NCBI GenBank assembly: GCA_039091855.1
Contig: JAWCLA010000010.1
Location: forward strand, 1 to 21,730
Origin: Candidatus Aenigmatarchaeota archaeon
GTDB lineage: Archaea > Aenigmatarchaeota > Aenigmatarchaeia > QMZP01
Direction: 5' to 3'
DNA length: 21,730 bases
Of the stretch, positions 1-10,340 are shown one piece after another. Position 1 is the stretch's first letter. The number at the start of each line of letters is the position of its first letter. The notes beneath the pieces are model-generated. The model saw only the letters and a list, made by a program, of their open reading frames with translations. It did not search any database and was not told the origin of the DNA. Position numbers and translations under genes: made by a program.

Positions 1-185
1 GTAGAGTTAGCTATAAAAACAGGTAGTAGAGCAGTAGGTATATATATAACTCATTTATTTTACTCAATTTTTGAGAAAGCCTTCATTAAGGCAGGACTTC
101 TGAATGAAGCCAAAAAACTCGAACAGAAAGAATTGGACAGAATGTTTGTTCCTGATATACCACTTGTACCAAGAACTGGTTATGG

Positions 186-560
186 TTAAGCCAATTGGAA
201 AACCAGCCTTTCTTTTGGCTGGATTTCTTTTCTCTTTACCTCTCCTTCACGAAGCTCTATCGCGTACTTCGCGGGCCTTTCAGGGTAGTAAATCTTCCAC
301 GTGGATTTGCGAAATGAAATTGGCTTAGCGTTCTCGTGGAGCCCGACAACCATCTTTCTTGAGTCGAGAAAAACTATGTCTATCGGGAACCTCATAAGGG
401 GCATCCATATCCCGTGCTTCCCTGCCTTTGGAAAAACAATAACAAGCGCGCTTCCTTTGGGAAGGGATTTCCTTAACATAAGGCCGCGAGCCCTTTGGAA
501 AAAACCACTTGCGATTTCAACCTTGTCGGCTATGAGGGTTTTTCCCTTAAATATTTTCAC
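186..560 (-). CDS. DUF192 family protein
   Basis: 124 aa, GTG start; motifs EIA..FFQRARGLM, IWM..MRFPIDIVFLD and AKYAIEL match DUF192. Confidence 0.85.
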   Translation of the reverse strand: MKIFKGKTLIADKVEIASGFFQRARGLMLRKSLPKGSALVIVFPKAGKHGIWMPLMRFPIDIVFLDSRKMVVGLHENAKPISFRKSTWKIYYPERPAKYAIELREGEVKRKEIQPKERLVFQLA

Positions 561-575
561 GCAATCACTTTTATA

Positions 576-2720
576 TCAAATTTGATTCTTTATCTCCCTT
601 GCGACTTTGGGCCCCATTATCCTCTCCAAGCTTTCAAGAGGAATCTTCCTCAAATCCTCAAGTTTTCGCAAGCCGTTGTTGTATAGTATTCTTGCCCTCA
701 CTCTTCCTATTCCCTTGAGCACTATGAGAGGAAGAAGCTCTTCCCTTATTCCATATTGAACTCTCAGTCTCGTTTTCCTTACTTCCTTCATTGTTTTTTT
801 GAGGTCAAGTAGCAGGGCAAGCTCGTTGGCTGAATAAAGCAGCCAGTCCGCATTGGAAAGACGTGAACGGAGTTCTCCCGGAGTTACTCCGAAGTAATCG
901 AGAATTGCATCCTCCCCTGTTTCCTCTATCCATTCTTGGAAAAGCCAGGCTGTCTTTATTGAGCGTATGTAATCGTCATACTCTATGTCCCAAGGGTTTG
1001 GCGGCTTTGCCGTCAGGAACGGCTCGTTCTCTTCAACGAGCTCGTTTATCCTCTTCATGTCAGCCTTCCTTACGTTAAGAAGTGGTAGCATCTCAATGGT
1101 GTTTGAAATCATATGAAGTATCCCAAAGGTGTTGGTTTCCCTTTCCTCTGCCAGCTGCATATTTTTTATCAGGTGATGCGCCGTGAGAGGGTCTATGTAA
1201 AGCTCAGAAACCCTCCTGCCGATTTTTGTGGCTTTTAGATTTTCCTCCATTTCCGATGCCTTCTCAAAGTTTCCAGAAGAGCTTTCTATGAAGTTTATAC
1301 TTTTTAGCAGAGAAACAACCTTTGACAAAATTCTTTCAAGCTCTGAAAGGTCCTTGTATTGGTGAGCATAAAAAGTCTTTGAGAAAAAGTCAAGAAGTGA
1401 TTTTTCACTAGTTGTCAGTCCTGATGCCACCAGACCGAGAACGTGCATTCTCAATACCGGCTCGACACCGAGTTTTGAGTAGATTTTCTCGGGCTCGCCT
1501 TTTATGTAGGTTTCCCATAGGTGTTTTGCTTCTGACTCGCTCTTGGCTATGAGAATTCCCTGCCCCTCTGTGTCCCATCTTGGCCTGCCCGCCCTTCCCA
1601 ACATCTGGTGGACTTCAAGGACTGGGATGTAATCCATTCCCCCAAAAATGCTGTATCTTTTCGTGTCCCTTATTATGACTCTCCAAGCGGGCAGGTTTAT
1701 TCCAGCTGCAAGGGTTGGAGTTGCCGCAATGACCTTTATCAACCCGTCCCTGAAAGAGTTCTCTATTATTGACCTCTGCTGGTTTGTAAGGCCTGCATGG
1801 TGGAAGGCTGTCCCGTTTTTTATGCAGTTTGCCAATCTTTCGCACTGCTTTGTCGGGTGCTCGAGCACATTCAGTATTTTGCCAGAAATTTCCGAAAGGG
1901 ATTTTGTCTCCTCTTTCGTCAGGTATGCTTTGGTAAACTCGCTGATTTTTTCAGCGGCAGACTCGGCGTTCTTCCTTGTTGAAATGAAAACAAGTGCCTG
2001 CTTTTTCCTTTTGAGGGAATCCTCTATCAGTTTTATTAGCTCTGGCTCATCACCGTAAAGGTTTATTTCCTTTTTCGGAAGGAAGTTTATCTTGTTCTTG
2101 TGGCAAACTCCTGTGTAAAGCTTTACGGGCCTGTAATCTGACTTCACTGGCTCTGCGTTTAGCCATTCGGCAAGTTCCTGGTAGTTATTTATTGTTGCTG
2201 AAAGCCCTAGTATTTTAGGGCTGGATGCTTGAATGAGCTTAGCAAGGGTTATCTCAAGCGTTGGTCCCCTTTCAACAGAGTCAAGAAGGTGTATCTCATC
2301 GGCAACAACAAGTCCTATTGAATCAATCCATGTTATCCCATGACGAAGAAGAGAGTCCATCTTCTCAGAAGTTACTATAATTAAATCGCATCTTGAGAGC
2401 CAGGGATCTGCGTTATCATAGTCACCAATGCTTATCCCTACTTTTATCCCAAGCTTCTCATACTTGTTCTTGAACTCTTCGTACTTCTCATTTGCAAGCG
2501 CCCTCAGGGGAACTATGTAAACTGCCTTTTTGCCCTCGTTTATTATTGTGTTGAGTGCTGCCATTTCAGCGACAAGCGTCTTTCCTGAGGCAGTGGGAGC
2601 TGCTATTACCATGTTTTTTCCTGACAGCAAACCCGCTTCCAGCGCAGCCTTTTGTACAGGATTCGGCTCCTTCAGTCCGGAAATCTCCAAAACATTCTTT
2701 AAGATATCTTCATTTGGCAT
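576..2720 (-). CDS. hel308: Ski2-like SF2 DNA helicase Hel308/Hjm
   Basis: APTASGKT Walker A, DEIH, LSAT, FHHAGL, TPTLAAGINLPA, QMLGRAGRP and C-terminal HhH (LKGIGRVRARILY). Confidence 0.95.
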   Translation of the reverse strand: MPNEDILKNVLEISGLKEPNPVQKAALEAGLLSGKNMVIAAPTASGKTLVAEMAALNTIINEGKKAVYIVPLRALANEKYEEFKNKYEKLGIKVGISIGDYDNADPWLSRCDLIIVTSEKMDSLLRHGITWIDSIGLVVADEIHLLDSVERGPTLEITLAKLIQASSPKILGLSATINNYQELAEWLNAEPVKSDYRPVKLYTGVCHKNKINFLPKKEINLYGDEPELIKLIEDSLKRKKQALVFISTRKNAESAAEKISEFTKAYLTKEETKSLSEISGKILNVLEHPTKQCERLANCIKNGTAFHHAGLTNQQRSIIENSFRDGLIKVIAATPTLAAGINLPAWRVIIRDTKRYSIFGGMDYIPVLEVHQMLGRAGRPRWDTEGQGILIAKSESEAKHLWETYIKGEPEKIYSKLGVEPVLRMHVLGLVASGLTTSEKSLLDFFSKTFYAHQYKDLSELERILSKVVSLLKSINFIESSSGNFEKASEMEENLKATKIGRRVSELYIDPLTAHHLIKNMQLAEERETNTFGILHMISNTIEMLPLLNVRKADMKRINELVEENEPFLTAKPPNPWDIEYDDYIRSIKTAWLFQEWIEETGEDAILDYFGVTPGELRSRLSNADWLLYSANELALLLDLKKTMKEVRKTRLRVQYGIREELLPLIVLKGIGRVRARILYNNGLRKLEDLRKIPLESLERIMGPKVAREIKNQI

Positions 2721-2782
2721 AGAATAAATTGATATGGAAACATTATATAATTAATGAAGTATAAACTAGCACTGGTACTGTT

Positions 2783-3055
2783 ATGAAGGAATGTGTTCGT
2801 GTTTTTGTTTCAGGGATTGTGCAGGGGGTTTTCTACCGCTCTTGGACAGAGCAGACTGCCAGAGGGCTCGGGATTTCCGGGTGGGTAAGAAACCTGCCTG
2901 ACGGAAGGGTCGAGGCAGTTTTTGAGGGAGAAAAATCCAAAATAGAGAGAATGATTGAGTTGTGCAGAAAAGGTCCTCCAAGGGCAAGGGTGGATAAGGT
3001 GGAAGTGAAAAAAGAAATGCCTTCTGGTATTGAGGGGTTTGAAGTGAGGTATTGA
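2783..3055 (+). CDS. acyP: Acylphosphatase
   Basis: VSGIVQGVFYR, GWVRNLPDGRVE and GPPRARV signatures; 90 aa. Confidence 0.96.
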   Translation: MKECVRVFVSGIVQGVFYRSWTEQTARGLGISGWVRNLPDGRVEAVFEGEKSKIERMIELCRKGPPRARVDKVEVKKEMPSGIEGFEVRY

Positions 3056-3227
3056 CAATTTTTTGGGCTTCATGTATATTTTTTCAAAAAAATGCAAAAG
3101 GCTTTTATTTATGAACCTGTAAATATTCTCTATGGACAATTCATATCTTTTGGCGGTGCCTGCTTCTTTGATGTTGTTAGTTATCTCTGTGCTACTCATT
3201 TAGGAGCCATAAACTTATTTTGGTGGT

Positions 3228-3533
3228 TTGATGCGTTCTTCATACCATTCCAGGAGTGAAGATATGTTTAGTTCAGGATGTATTATATCATACCCTTTGA
3301 ATGGGGAAGGTTTTTTGGAAGATGAAATTCCTTTCGGAAGCTGTTGGTACAGGATTCACAGAAAGCGGCTGAAGTTTTACGAAAAGGGTGCTGAGTTTGG
3401 AAACAAAACTTCAGAGGACCTGAAAAAAATTCCCAAAGGTTCAAAGAGGTTCAGGGTGAATTTTTGCCACAAATCCTTCTCAAGCCATTACGAAATTGTT
3501 TTTATTGACAAAGATGGAAATAGTATAGAATAG
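3228..3533 (+). CDS. Hypothetical protein (start uncertain)
   Basis: Open frame ending 7 nt before leuS on the same strand; no recognisable motif. Confidence 0.5.
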   Translation: MMRSSYHSRSEDMFSSGCIISYPLNGEGFLEDEIPFGSCWYRIHRKRLKFYEKGAEFGNKTSEDLKKIPKGSKRFRVNFCHKSFSSHYEIVFIDKDGNSIE

Positions 3534-3540
3534 GTGTATT

Positions 3541-6204
3541 ATGAAAGGGATAAATTTTGCGGAGATTGAGGCAAAATGGCAGAAAAAATGGGCAGAGTCA
3601 GGCATATTCAAGTCAAAGGAAGAGCCAAATAAAAAGAAATTCTACGTTCTGGAGATGTTTCCCTATCCTTCGGGAAGCGGGCTTCATATGGGACACGTCA
3701 GGAACTATGCGATGGGTGACGCGGTCGCGAGGTTCAGGAGGATGCAGGGTTACAATGTGCTTTTTCCTATGGGATATGACGCGCTTGGCCTGCCGGCAGA
3801 GAATGCCGCAATAAAGGAGAAATCTCACCCGAGGGTTTTCACGCTGAAGGCGATAGAGAGGATAAAAAAGCAGCAGAAGGAGCTCGGCTCAAGTTATGAC
3901 TGGGACAGGGAGATAGCAACCTGTTATCCCGAGTATTACAAGTGGAACCAATGGTTCTTCCTGAAATTTCTGGAGAAAGGACTGGCTTACAGGAAGAAAG
4001 CCCCAATAAACTGGTGTCCGAAGTGTGGGACTGTTTTGGCGAACGAGCAGGTTGAAAATGGAAGGTGTTGGAGATGCGAATCAAAGGTTGAGGTCAAGTC
4101 CCTTGAGCAGTGGTTCCTTAAGATAACTGATTATGCAGAGGAGTTGCTGGGAGATTTGAAAAAACTTGACTGGCCGGAAAACGTCAAGATTATGCAGGAG
4201 AACTGGATAGGAAGGAGTGAGGGAACTCTTGTTTATTTCCCAATAAAGGGCTCAAAGGAGAAGATTCCTATCTTCACCACAAGGCCTGACACTCTTTATG
4301 GTGTTACATTTATGGTTTACGCCCCTGAGCACCCAATGGTTATGGAGCTTGTCAAGGGAACAAGGTATGAGAATGAAGTGAAGAAATTCGTGAGAAAGGT
4401 TGTGATAGAGGAGAGGTTTACAAGAACAGCAGAAGATAAGGAGAAGGAAGGGCTTTACATAGGAAAGAAGGCGATAAACCCGCTTACAAAAGAGGAGATT
4501 CCTATTTACATAGCGAACTTCGTTCTTCTTGATTACGGAACAGGTGCTATAATGGGAGTCCCTGCACACGACCAAAGGGACTTTGAGTTCGCGAAGAAAT
4601 ACAAGATACCAATAAAGGTTGTGATAAAGCCTCATCACTATAGCTTGGGACCGAAGGAAATGAGCAGGGCTTACACCGAAAACGGAGTCCTGGTAAACTC
4701 GGGGAAATTTTCAGGAATGAGCAACACTACTGCAATTGATGAGATAACAAAATATCTGGAAAGGAAAGGTTTTGGTAAGAGGACAGTCCAGTACAAGATA
4801 AGGGACTGGCTCATATCAAGGCAGAGATATTGGGGAACACCCATTCCTGTTATTTACTGCAACAAATGCGGGATTGTCCCTGTTCCTGAAAGGGATTTGC
4901 CTGTATTGCTTCCGGAGAACGTGGAATTTACAGGGAAAGGAAACCCGCTTGCCAACACGCCTTCCTTCGTGAACACGAAATGCCCAAAATGTGGAGGAAA
5001 GGCAAGAAGGGAAACTGACACAATGGACACTTTTGTGGATTCTTCCTGGTATTTCTTCAGGTATACCAGCCCGAAATATGACAAGGGCCCTTTCGACCCA
5101 AAAAAAGCCGAATACTGGATGCCTGTTGACCAGTACATAGGCGGGGTTGAGCATGCCATTCTTCACCTGCTTTATTCAAGATTCTTCACAAAGGTTATTA
5201 GGGATTTGGGCCTCACAAAAATCTCCGAGCCGTTCTATAGGCTTTTCACGCAGGGAATGGTAATAAAGGACGGGGCGAAGATGAGCAAATCCCTTGGTAA
5301 TGTGGTGAGCCAGGAGGAGATTGCAAGAAAATATGGCATAGACACCGCAAGGGTTTACCTGCTTTTCCTTGCGTCGCCAGAGAAGGAGCTGGAATGGAGC
5401 GATGAGGGAGTTGTTGGGGCGTTTAGGTTCCTTAACAGGGTTTTCTCGCTTGCAGAGCCTGTAAAGGGAAGGAACAATATGACAAATGCCGACAGGATGA
5501 TGGTCAGCAAGATGCACAAAACAATAAAGGAAGTCACGGGATTTATGGAAGGTTTCAGGTTCAATCTTGCGATAGGCTCACTTATGGGTTTTGCAAACGA
5601 ACTCTCAAGATACAGGGAAGATCCAAACAAGGAAGTTTTCAGGGAGGCGCTTGAAAATCTTCTTATTATGCTCTCGCCTTTTGCCCCGCACACAGCAGAG
5701 GAGCTTTGGGAAAAGACAGGACACAGGGATTTTGTTTCAGTCCATAAATGGCCTGAGCCAAATGAAAGCCTAATAGATCCTAAGCTGGATATGATGGAAA
5801 ATCTCGTTGGGCAGACAAGGGAGGACATAAAAAATGTTATCAGGCTTGTTGGAAAAAAGCCCGAGAAAATAAGAATATACGTAAGCCCTTTATGGAAGTA
5901 CGAGGTTTACAATGAGATTCTTGCTCTTGTGAAAACGCCTGAGAAAATCGTGCCGACTGTTATGAAAAAATACGGGAAAAATTATGGCAGCCACGCAATG
6001 AAGTTCGCGCAGAGCCTTGCGAAGAACGCCGCGCTTTTGAGAGGAGCTCTTTCACAAGAGGAGGAGTTTGCGGCTTTGGAGGAGTCGGTTTCCTCAATGG
6101 AAAGGGAGTTTGGATGTAGGATAGAGGTTCTGAAGGCGGACACTGAAAGGTGTGAGAAGGCCCTAAGGGCCGAGCCTGGGAAACCTGGGATTGAAGTTAT
6201 TTAA
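3541..6204 (+). CDS. leuS: Leucyl-tRNA synthetase (bacterial-type core, archaeal-type C-terminal domain)
   Basis: MFPYPSG..LHMGH, FTTRPDT and [15 protein letters not shown] (CP1 editing domain), [20 protein letters not shown]; ends [15 protein letters not shown]. Confidence 0.97.
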   Translation: MKGINFAEIEAKWQKKWAESGIFKSKEEPNKKKFYVLEMFPYPSGSGLHMGHVRNYAMGDAVARFRRMQGYNVLFPMGYDALGLPAENAAIKEKSHPRVFTLKAIERIKKQQKELGSSYDWDREIATCYPEYYKWNQWFFLKFLEKGLAYRKKAPINWCPKCGTVLANEQVENGRCWRCESKVEVKSLEQWFLKITDYAEELLGDLKKLDWPENVKIMQENWIGRSEGTLVYFPIKGSKEKIPIFTTRPDTLYGVTFMVYAPEHPMVMELVKGTRYENEVKKFVRKVVIEERFTRTAEDKEKEGLYIGKKAINPLTKEEIPIYIANFVLLDYGTGAIMGVPAHDQRDFEFAKKYKIPIKVVIKPHHYSLGPKEMSRAYTENGVLVNSGKFSGMSNTTAIDEITKYLERKGFGKRTVQYKIRDWLISRQRYWGTPIPVIYCNKCGIVPVPERDLPVLLPENVEFTGKGNPLANTPSFVNTKCPKCGGKARRETDTMDTFVDSSWYFFRYTSPKYDKGPFDPKKAEYWMPVDQYIGGVEHAILHLLYSRFFTKVIRDLGLTKISEPFYRLFTQGMVIKDGAKMSKSLGNVVSQEEIARKYGIDTARVYLLFLASPEKELEWSDEGVVGAFRFLNRVFSLAEPVKGRNNMTNADRMMVSKMHKTIKEVTGFMEGFRFNLAIGSLMGFANELSRYREDPNKEVFREALENLLIMLSPFAPHTAEELWEKTGHRDFVSVHKWPEPNESLIDPKLDMMENLVGQTREDIKNVIRLVGKKPEKIRIYVSPLWKYEVYNEILALVKTPEKIVPTVMKKYGKNYGSHAMKFAQSLAKNAALLRGALSQEEEFAALEESVSSMEREFGCRIEVLKADTERCEKALRAEPGKPGIEVI

Positions 6205-6225
6205 GATTCCTGCACAATTCTAATT

Positions 6226-6540
6226 ATGCCATTCCTATTGATACTTGGTATTTTGGACCTGATTGCGGGCATATCACTCGCCATTTCGGGGTTTGTTCCC
6301 CTCACAGCAGTAAGCCTGATTCTGGGAATAGGGATAATCCTGACTTTCAAGGGCATAATATCCTATCTTCTGGCGGCTGGTAACGGGTTCTATTTTGATA
6401 TTCTCGGAATCTTGGACATAATCTCTGGAATATTCCTCATTATCGCTTTCTATGGGACAGCACTAGGCTTTGCAGTATGGTTTGGGGTAGCTATGATACT
6501 GAAAGCTCTGTGGTCAATACTGATGTTTATAGTGAGGTAG
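6226..6540 (+). CDS. Small four-helix membrane protein
   Basis: 104 aa with four hydrophobic segments; internal repeat ILGILDLIAGI / ILGILDIISGI. Confidence 0.8.
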   Translation: MPFLLILGILDLIAGISLAISGFVPLTAVSLILGIGIILTFKGIISYLLAAGNGFYFDILGILDIISGIFLIIAFYGTALGFAVWFGVAMILKALWSILMFIVR

Positions 6541-6884
6541 AGTTCATTTAAGAAATAATACCTGTATAACAAACTTATTAGGATTATGTTGATATCTATC
6601 ACTGATAACAATGGTTTCCATTGTATACCAGGGTTATGTTGTTAATCCTCTCGTTTATATAGTACACAGCAACGCTGTTCAGTGTCTGGGTTGATATGAG
6701 AGTATTGAGTGTACCACTGTTAGAATTAGTCCTGAACTTAATGTTGTTCCACGAGTTGGCTCCTGTTATTCCATATTCACTTGTATTCTGGAAGGTTTTC
6801 TGTTTGTATATACATATAATAATAAGCGAATCCGTGGGACTTGTTGGAAGCATATGCTCTTTATGGAACATGGTTTCGAGGGAT

Positions 6885-8957
6885 TTATGCACAAGCCCCA
6901 TCAACGCAGCCGTTGGGGCATTTATACCACTCATTAAAAACATAACCGTTATTAGAACAATAATATTCTATTAGTGAACCAGTCTCGGGACTACAATTAT
7001 CTGTATATGTTTTATAATAGTTTTCTAGTGATGCTGTAGTGTATAATACTCCATATGTTGTCCCTTTTACATAATAGTCCTTCCCGCCGTCTGAGTCATT
7101 GCAAATAAGTTGCTGGCAGTCCTGCGGGCAGTTGCACACATTTTCCAGTTGGCTGCATATTCCATCGCCGCATCTTATGCAGGTTCCTATGGGCGAGCCT
7201 GCGACCATTCCTGTTTCCACACAAGCTCCGTTCTGTACAATCCTCGTGTCCATTCCCGACATCCATTCAGTAAGACCTTCGCAGCAATGCTCTGGATATT
7301 CCTTATAAACCTGTGAAAATCTCTCGCCTTCATTTGCACAGGTTTTAGATGGGCTTTCGCATTTGAATTCTGCATATTCATTCTCTCCATCAATTAGTGT
7401 ATAAGCATATCCTCCGCATGAACTCTTCCATGTTAGCTTTTTGCCTTTTTCACCTGAAACATCAGCTATACAGGTTCCTATTCCGGAACATCCAAATTCG
7501 CCATCTTCATTGTAACAATTTTGCATTTCATTAGAATTGATAAAAACGCATTTTACTTGTTCTTTGACAATCAATGATCTTTCAGAGCATTCATTCCAAA
7601 CCTTGAATGTGTTAACCCCGCACTTGATAAGGTTGGCTGATGTTGCAGTTGGCGTGTTGCACCTGCCGAGGCAGGATTCCTCTGCATATTTTCTCCATAC
7701 TTCTGCAGGCTTGCAGGAGGTCTCTCCTCCCTCATAAAATTCCTTCCCGTCATGACACTGCCAATAAGCGTTTCTGTAATAATATTGTTTTGTTTGTGAT
7801 GGACAAGGATAAAACTCGCAGTTTTTGTTCGGATCTCTGCCCACTGTTGTCCCATCTGGACATACCTTTATGTCTTCTGGACAACCCTTGCTTGATTTTG
7901 CCCATTGGCAACTGCCTTTAGTAGCTGTTTTGTCCATAACACACTTACAAGTAAAACCATACTTATCTGCATTATAACAGTCCTTCCATTCGCAGGTTGT
8001 TGGAACAGGATTCTCATTAACAACGCTCTGGCATACCTCCCCCGAGCAGCCTCCTCTTACACAGTCAGAATCGCTTGAGCAGGGACCGTAAGTGGAGAAG
8101 CCGCAGAACTCCTCCTTTGGAAGGCAACACATACCGCCTTCCTTGCAGAAGTAATTGGGAGAGGCATAATAGCCCTCTTTGCATTGGTAGGAAATCCTTG
8201 TGCTGGCTGCCGTGGTTTCTGTGGCTATTACCATCCCTGTTGTTTCTGCCTGTCCGATACTTTCTGCGCCACCCGCTATGGATGGTAATATGCAGTAACC
8301 GCCTGCATCTTCGCAAACTTTCTGCGGCTTTGGCTTGCAGAACCCGTTCTCGCATCCATATTCACAGTATTCCTTCTTTTCCTGCTTGTTGCCGCAGGAG
8401 TCAAACCAGTAAACATGGTCGCCATAGCACCTGTATTCGGCATGGGACTTGCACTCACCGAGGCACTTCTCTCCTGAGCAGCCGTACTTGCAATACTCCT
8501 TCTTTTCCTGCTTGTTGCCGCAGGAGTCAAACCAATATATGTGTCCTGAATCGCATTTGTAATAGCTGTGACTTTCACAAATGGGTTGTGGCTTTGGTTT
8601 TTCCACAACCTTTCCTTCGCTTCCGACCTTGTATGCACACTCTATTACCCTTTCCTTCCAGTCTATCCAGGCAACAGCAAAGAATCCTGTTTCTGTGTCA
8701 TTTACAATAATCCTGTAAAACTCCTTCTCGTCAATGTAGGGATTGTCACAATCCTTCCTTATCTGGTCTATTATGTTCTTTGACTGCTCTGCTGTGAAAT
8801 GTGTTATCTTTATCTCAGCATTTGGGTGCTCTTCAAGGAACTGCTTTATAATCGGGTTTGACCTTGCCAAAGATGAAGGATCTATTCCCGTGCATCCAGA
8901 GAGGGAAATAACTAAAAGAATTGGCAAAATCAATAAAGCAGATTTTTTTGAGTTCAT
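6885..8957 (-). CDS. Cys-rich multidomain surface lipoprotein
   Basis: Basic N-terminus, hydrophobic stretch and lipobox-like LSGC; two WFDSCGNKQEKKEYC repeats; eight-cysteine-cluster-like domain (FCGFSTYGPC..DSDC..GGCSGEVC...CEW..C); CPEDIKVCPDG module; C-terminal CNDSDGG..YYVKG...CPNGCVDGAC domain. Confidence 0.85.
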   Translation of the reverse strand: MNSKKSALLILPILLVISLSGCTGIDPSSLARSNPIIKQFLEEHPNAEIKITHFTAEQSKNIIDQIRKDCDNPYIDEKEFYRIIVNDTETGFFAVAWIDWKERVIECAYKVGSEGKVVEKPKPQPICESHSYYKCDSGHIYWFDSCGNKQEKKEYCKYGCSGEKCLGECKSHAEYRCYGDHVYWFDSCGNKQEKKEYCEYGCENGFCKPKPQKVCEDAGGYCILPSIAGGAESIGQAETTGMVIATETTAASTRISYQCKEGYYASPNYFCKEGGMCCLPKEEFCGFSTYGPCSSDSDCVRGGCSGEVCQSVVNENPVPTTCEWKDCYNADKYGFTCKCVMDKTATKGSCQWAKSSKGCPEDIKVCPDGTTVGRDPNKNCEFYPCPSQTKQYYYRNAYWQCHDGKEFYEGGETSCKPAEVWRKYAEESCLGRCNTPTATSANLIKCGVNTFKVWNECSERSLIVKEQVKCVFINSNEMQNCYNEDGEFGCSGIGTCIADVSGEKGKKLTWKSSCGGYAYTLIDGENEYAEFKCESPSKTCANEGERFSQVYKEYPEHCCEGLTEWMSGMDTRIVQNGACVETGMVAGSPIGTCIRCGDGICSQLENVCNCPQDCQQLICNDSDGGKDYYVKGTTYGVLYTTASLENYYKTYTDNCSPETGSLIEYYCSNNGYVFNEWYKCPNGCVDGACA
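8371..8534. repeat. Exact 38-bp intragenic direct repeat (126-nt period)
   Basis: TCCTTCTTTTCCTGCTTGTTGCCGCAGGAGTCAAACCA at 8371-8408 and 8497-8534, within a 42-aa module duplication. Confidence 0.9.
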
Positions 8958-9009
8958 TATAAAATTATTTGTTGGTAGGTATATATATATTTCCTTTCAA
9001 ACCTATGTT

Positions 9010-10314
9010 ATGAACCTGAGGGATGTTTACGAGTATTATTCAAGGGATGACATACAAAAATTCTTTGTCGAGTTCTCAAAAAACAGGGAAGTGGTTGGCG
9101 TCTTCAGGAACGGCTCGTACAGCACAAGGCCAGGCACTCTCGTTTACCCGCAGGACATTCTTGCGATGGTTAAAGAAGGTTCTCTTGAGTTTCACTGCTC
9201 TATAGAGAGATGGTCGCAGCCGATGAGCCTGAGATCGGACAATTATGATTCGCTCAGGACAGGTTGGGACGTGGTTCTGGATTTGGACTGCGAGATATTT
9301 GAGCACGGGAAAATCGCTGCAAATGTTCTTTGCTGGGCGCTTGAAAAGCACGGCGTAAAGGGATACTCTCTTAAATTCACGGGTGGGACAGGGTTTCACA
9401 TAGGAATACCCTGGGAGGCCTTTCCAAAGACAATAGACTACAAGCCTGCTGTAAATATGTTTCCTGATCTTCCAAGGCAGGTTGGGCTTTACCTCAAAGA
9501 ATATGTCAGGGAGAAACTGGAAAGGGAACTGCTCAAGAATTATGGGATAGAGAAACTGGCAGAAGAGGTGAAAAAGCCCCTTGGCGAGATAAGCGGAGAA
9601 TCCTCTCCACTGGACCCTTTCAAAGTTGTTGACATTGACACCGTTCTCATCTCTCCGAGGCACCTGTTCAGGATGCCATACTCGCTGAACAAGAACACCT
9701 TTTTTGTTTCTCTTCCAATAAGGAGAGATGAGCTTGAAGATTTCAAAAGAGAGCACGCTGACCCTCTCACTCACATAATAAAAGTTAAGGAAAGGTTTCT
9801 CGATTCGGGCGAGCCCGACGAGGCTCAGCTCCTTGTTGGAGAGGCAGTTGAGTGGTGGGCAAAAACAAAGAGAAAGGAGGCTGCAAAAAAGGAATACAGG
9901 GAAAGGATAACAGAGGCTGTGCCTAAGGAGCTCTTCCCTCCATGCATCCAGAAAATACTTCAGGGCATTCCTGACGGGAAGAAGAGGTCCGTTTTCATTC
10001 TTTCCACGTTTTTGAGGTCTGTGAAATGGAATTGGCAGGACATAGAAAGGGAGATAATGGAGTGGAATTTGAGGAACAAGCCTCCGCTCAGGGAAAACTA
10101 CATAAGGGGACAGTTAAGGTGGCACAGGACGCAAAACAGGGAAATACTTCCTCCTGGTTGCTCCAATCCGGGATGGTATGAGTCATTTGGGGTATGCAGT
10201 CCTGACTATTTCTGTGGTGGAGCCGCAAAAACAGTGAAGAACCCTGTGAACTATCCTTGGAGAAAAATTAAGGAAGGGGCAGGCAAGAAATCAGGGCATA
10301 AGAGAAGGCGTTGA
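9010..10314 (+). CDS. Fused PriS-PriL DNA primase
   Basis: Likely start is ATG 9010, since the longer frame overlaps the lipoprotein gene. PriS motifs GWDVVLDLD, KFTGGTGFHI and RHLFRMPYSLN, followed by a PriL C-terminal Fe-S domain FPPCI...PPGC...C...C...KNPVNY. Confidence 0.9.
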   Translation: MNLRDVYEYYSRDDIQKFFVEFSKNREVVGVFRNGSYSTRPGTLVYPQDILAMVKEGSLEFHCSIERWSQPMSLRSDNYDSLRTGWDVVLDLDCEIFEHGKIAANVLCWALEKHGVKGYSLKFTGGTGFHIGIPWEAFPKTIDYKPAVNMFPDLPRQVGLYLKEYVREKLERELLKNYGIEKLAEEVKKPLGEISGESSPLDPFKVVDIDTVLISPRHLFRMPYSLNKNTFFVSLPIRRDELEDFKREHADPLTHIIKVKERFLDSGEPDEAQLLVGEAVEWWAKTKRKEAAKKEYRERITEAVPKELFPPCIQKILQGIPDGKKRSVFILSTFLRSVKWNWQDIEREIMEWNLRNKPPLRENYIRGQLRWHRTQNREILPPGCSNPGWYESFGVCSPDYFCGGAAKTVKNPVNYPWRKIKEGAGKKSGHKRRR

Positions 10315-10340
10315 CTTAAAAACTCTTTTTCCAATTATTT

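Noticed and set aside
2810-3199. 129-aa minus-strand ORF
   Set aside because: Mostly antisense to acylphosphatase, with no motif
6599-6943. DGR template repeat (Asn-codon-rich stretch after a surface protein gene)
   Set aside because: No matching variable repeat differing at adenines and no reverse transcriptase in the window
8743-9009. N-terminal extension of the primase ORF
   Set aside because: Antisense overlap with the lipoprotein gene start and the AT-rich divergent promoter region; ATG 9010 is more plausible
9076-9774. 232-aa ORF and other shadow ORFs within large genes
   Set aside because: Antisense or alternative-frame overlaps of well-supported genes, with no recognisable features
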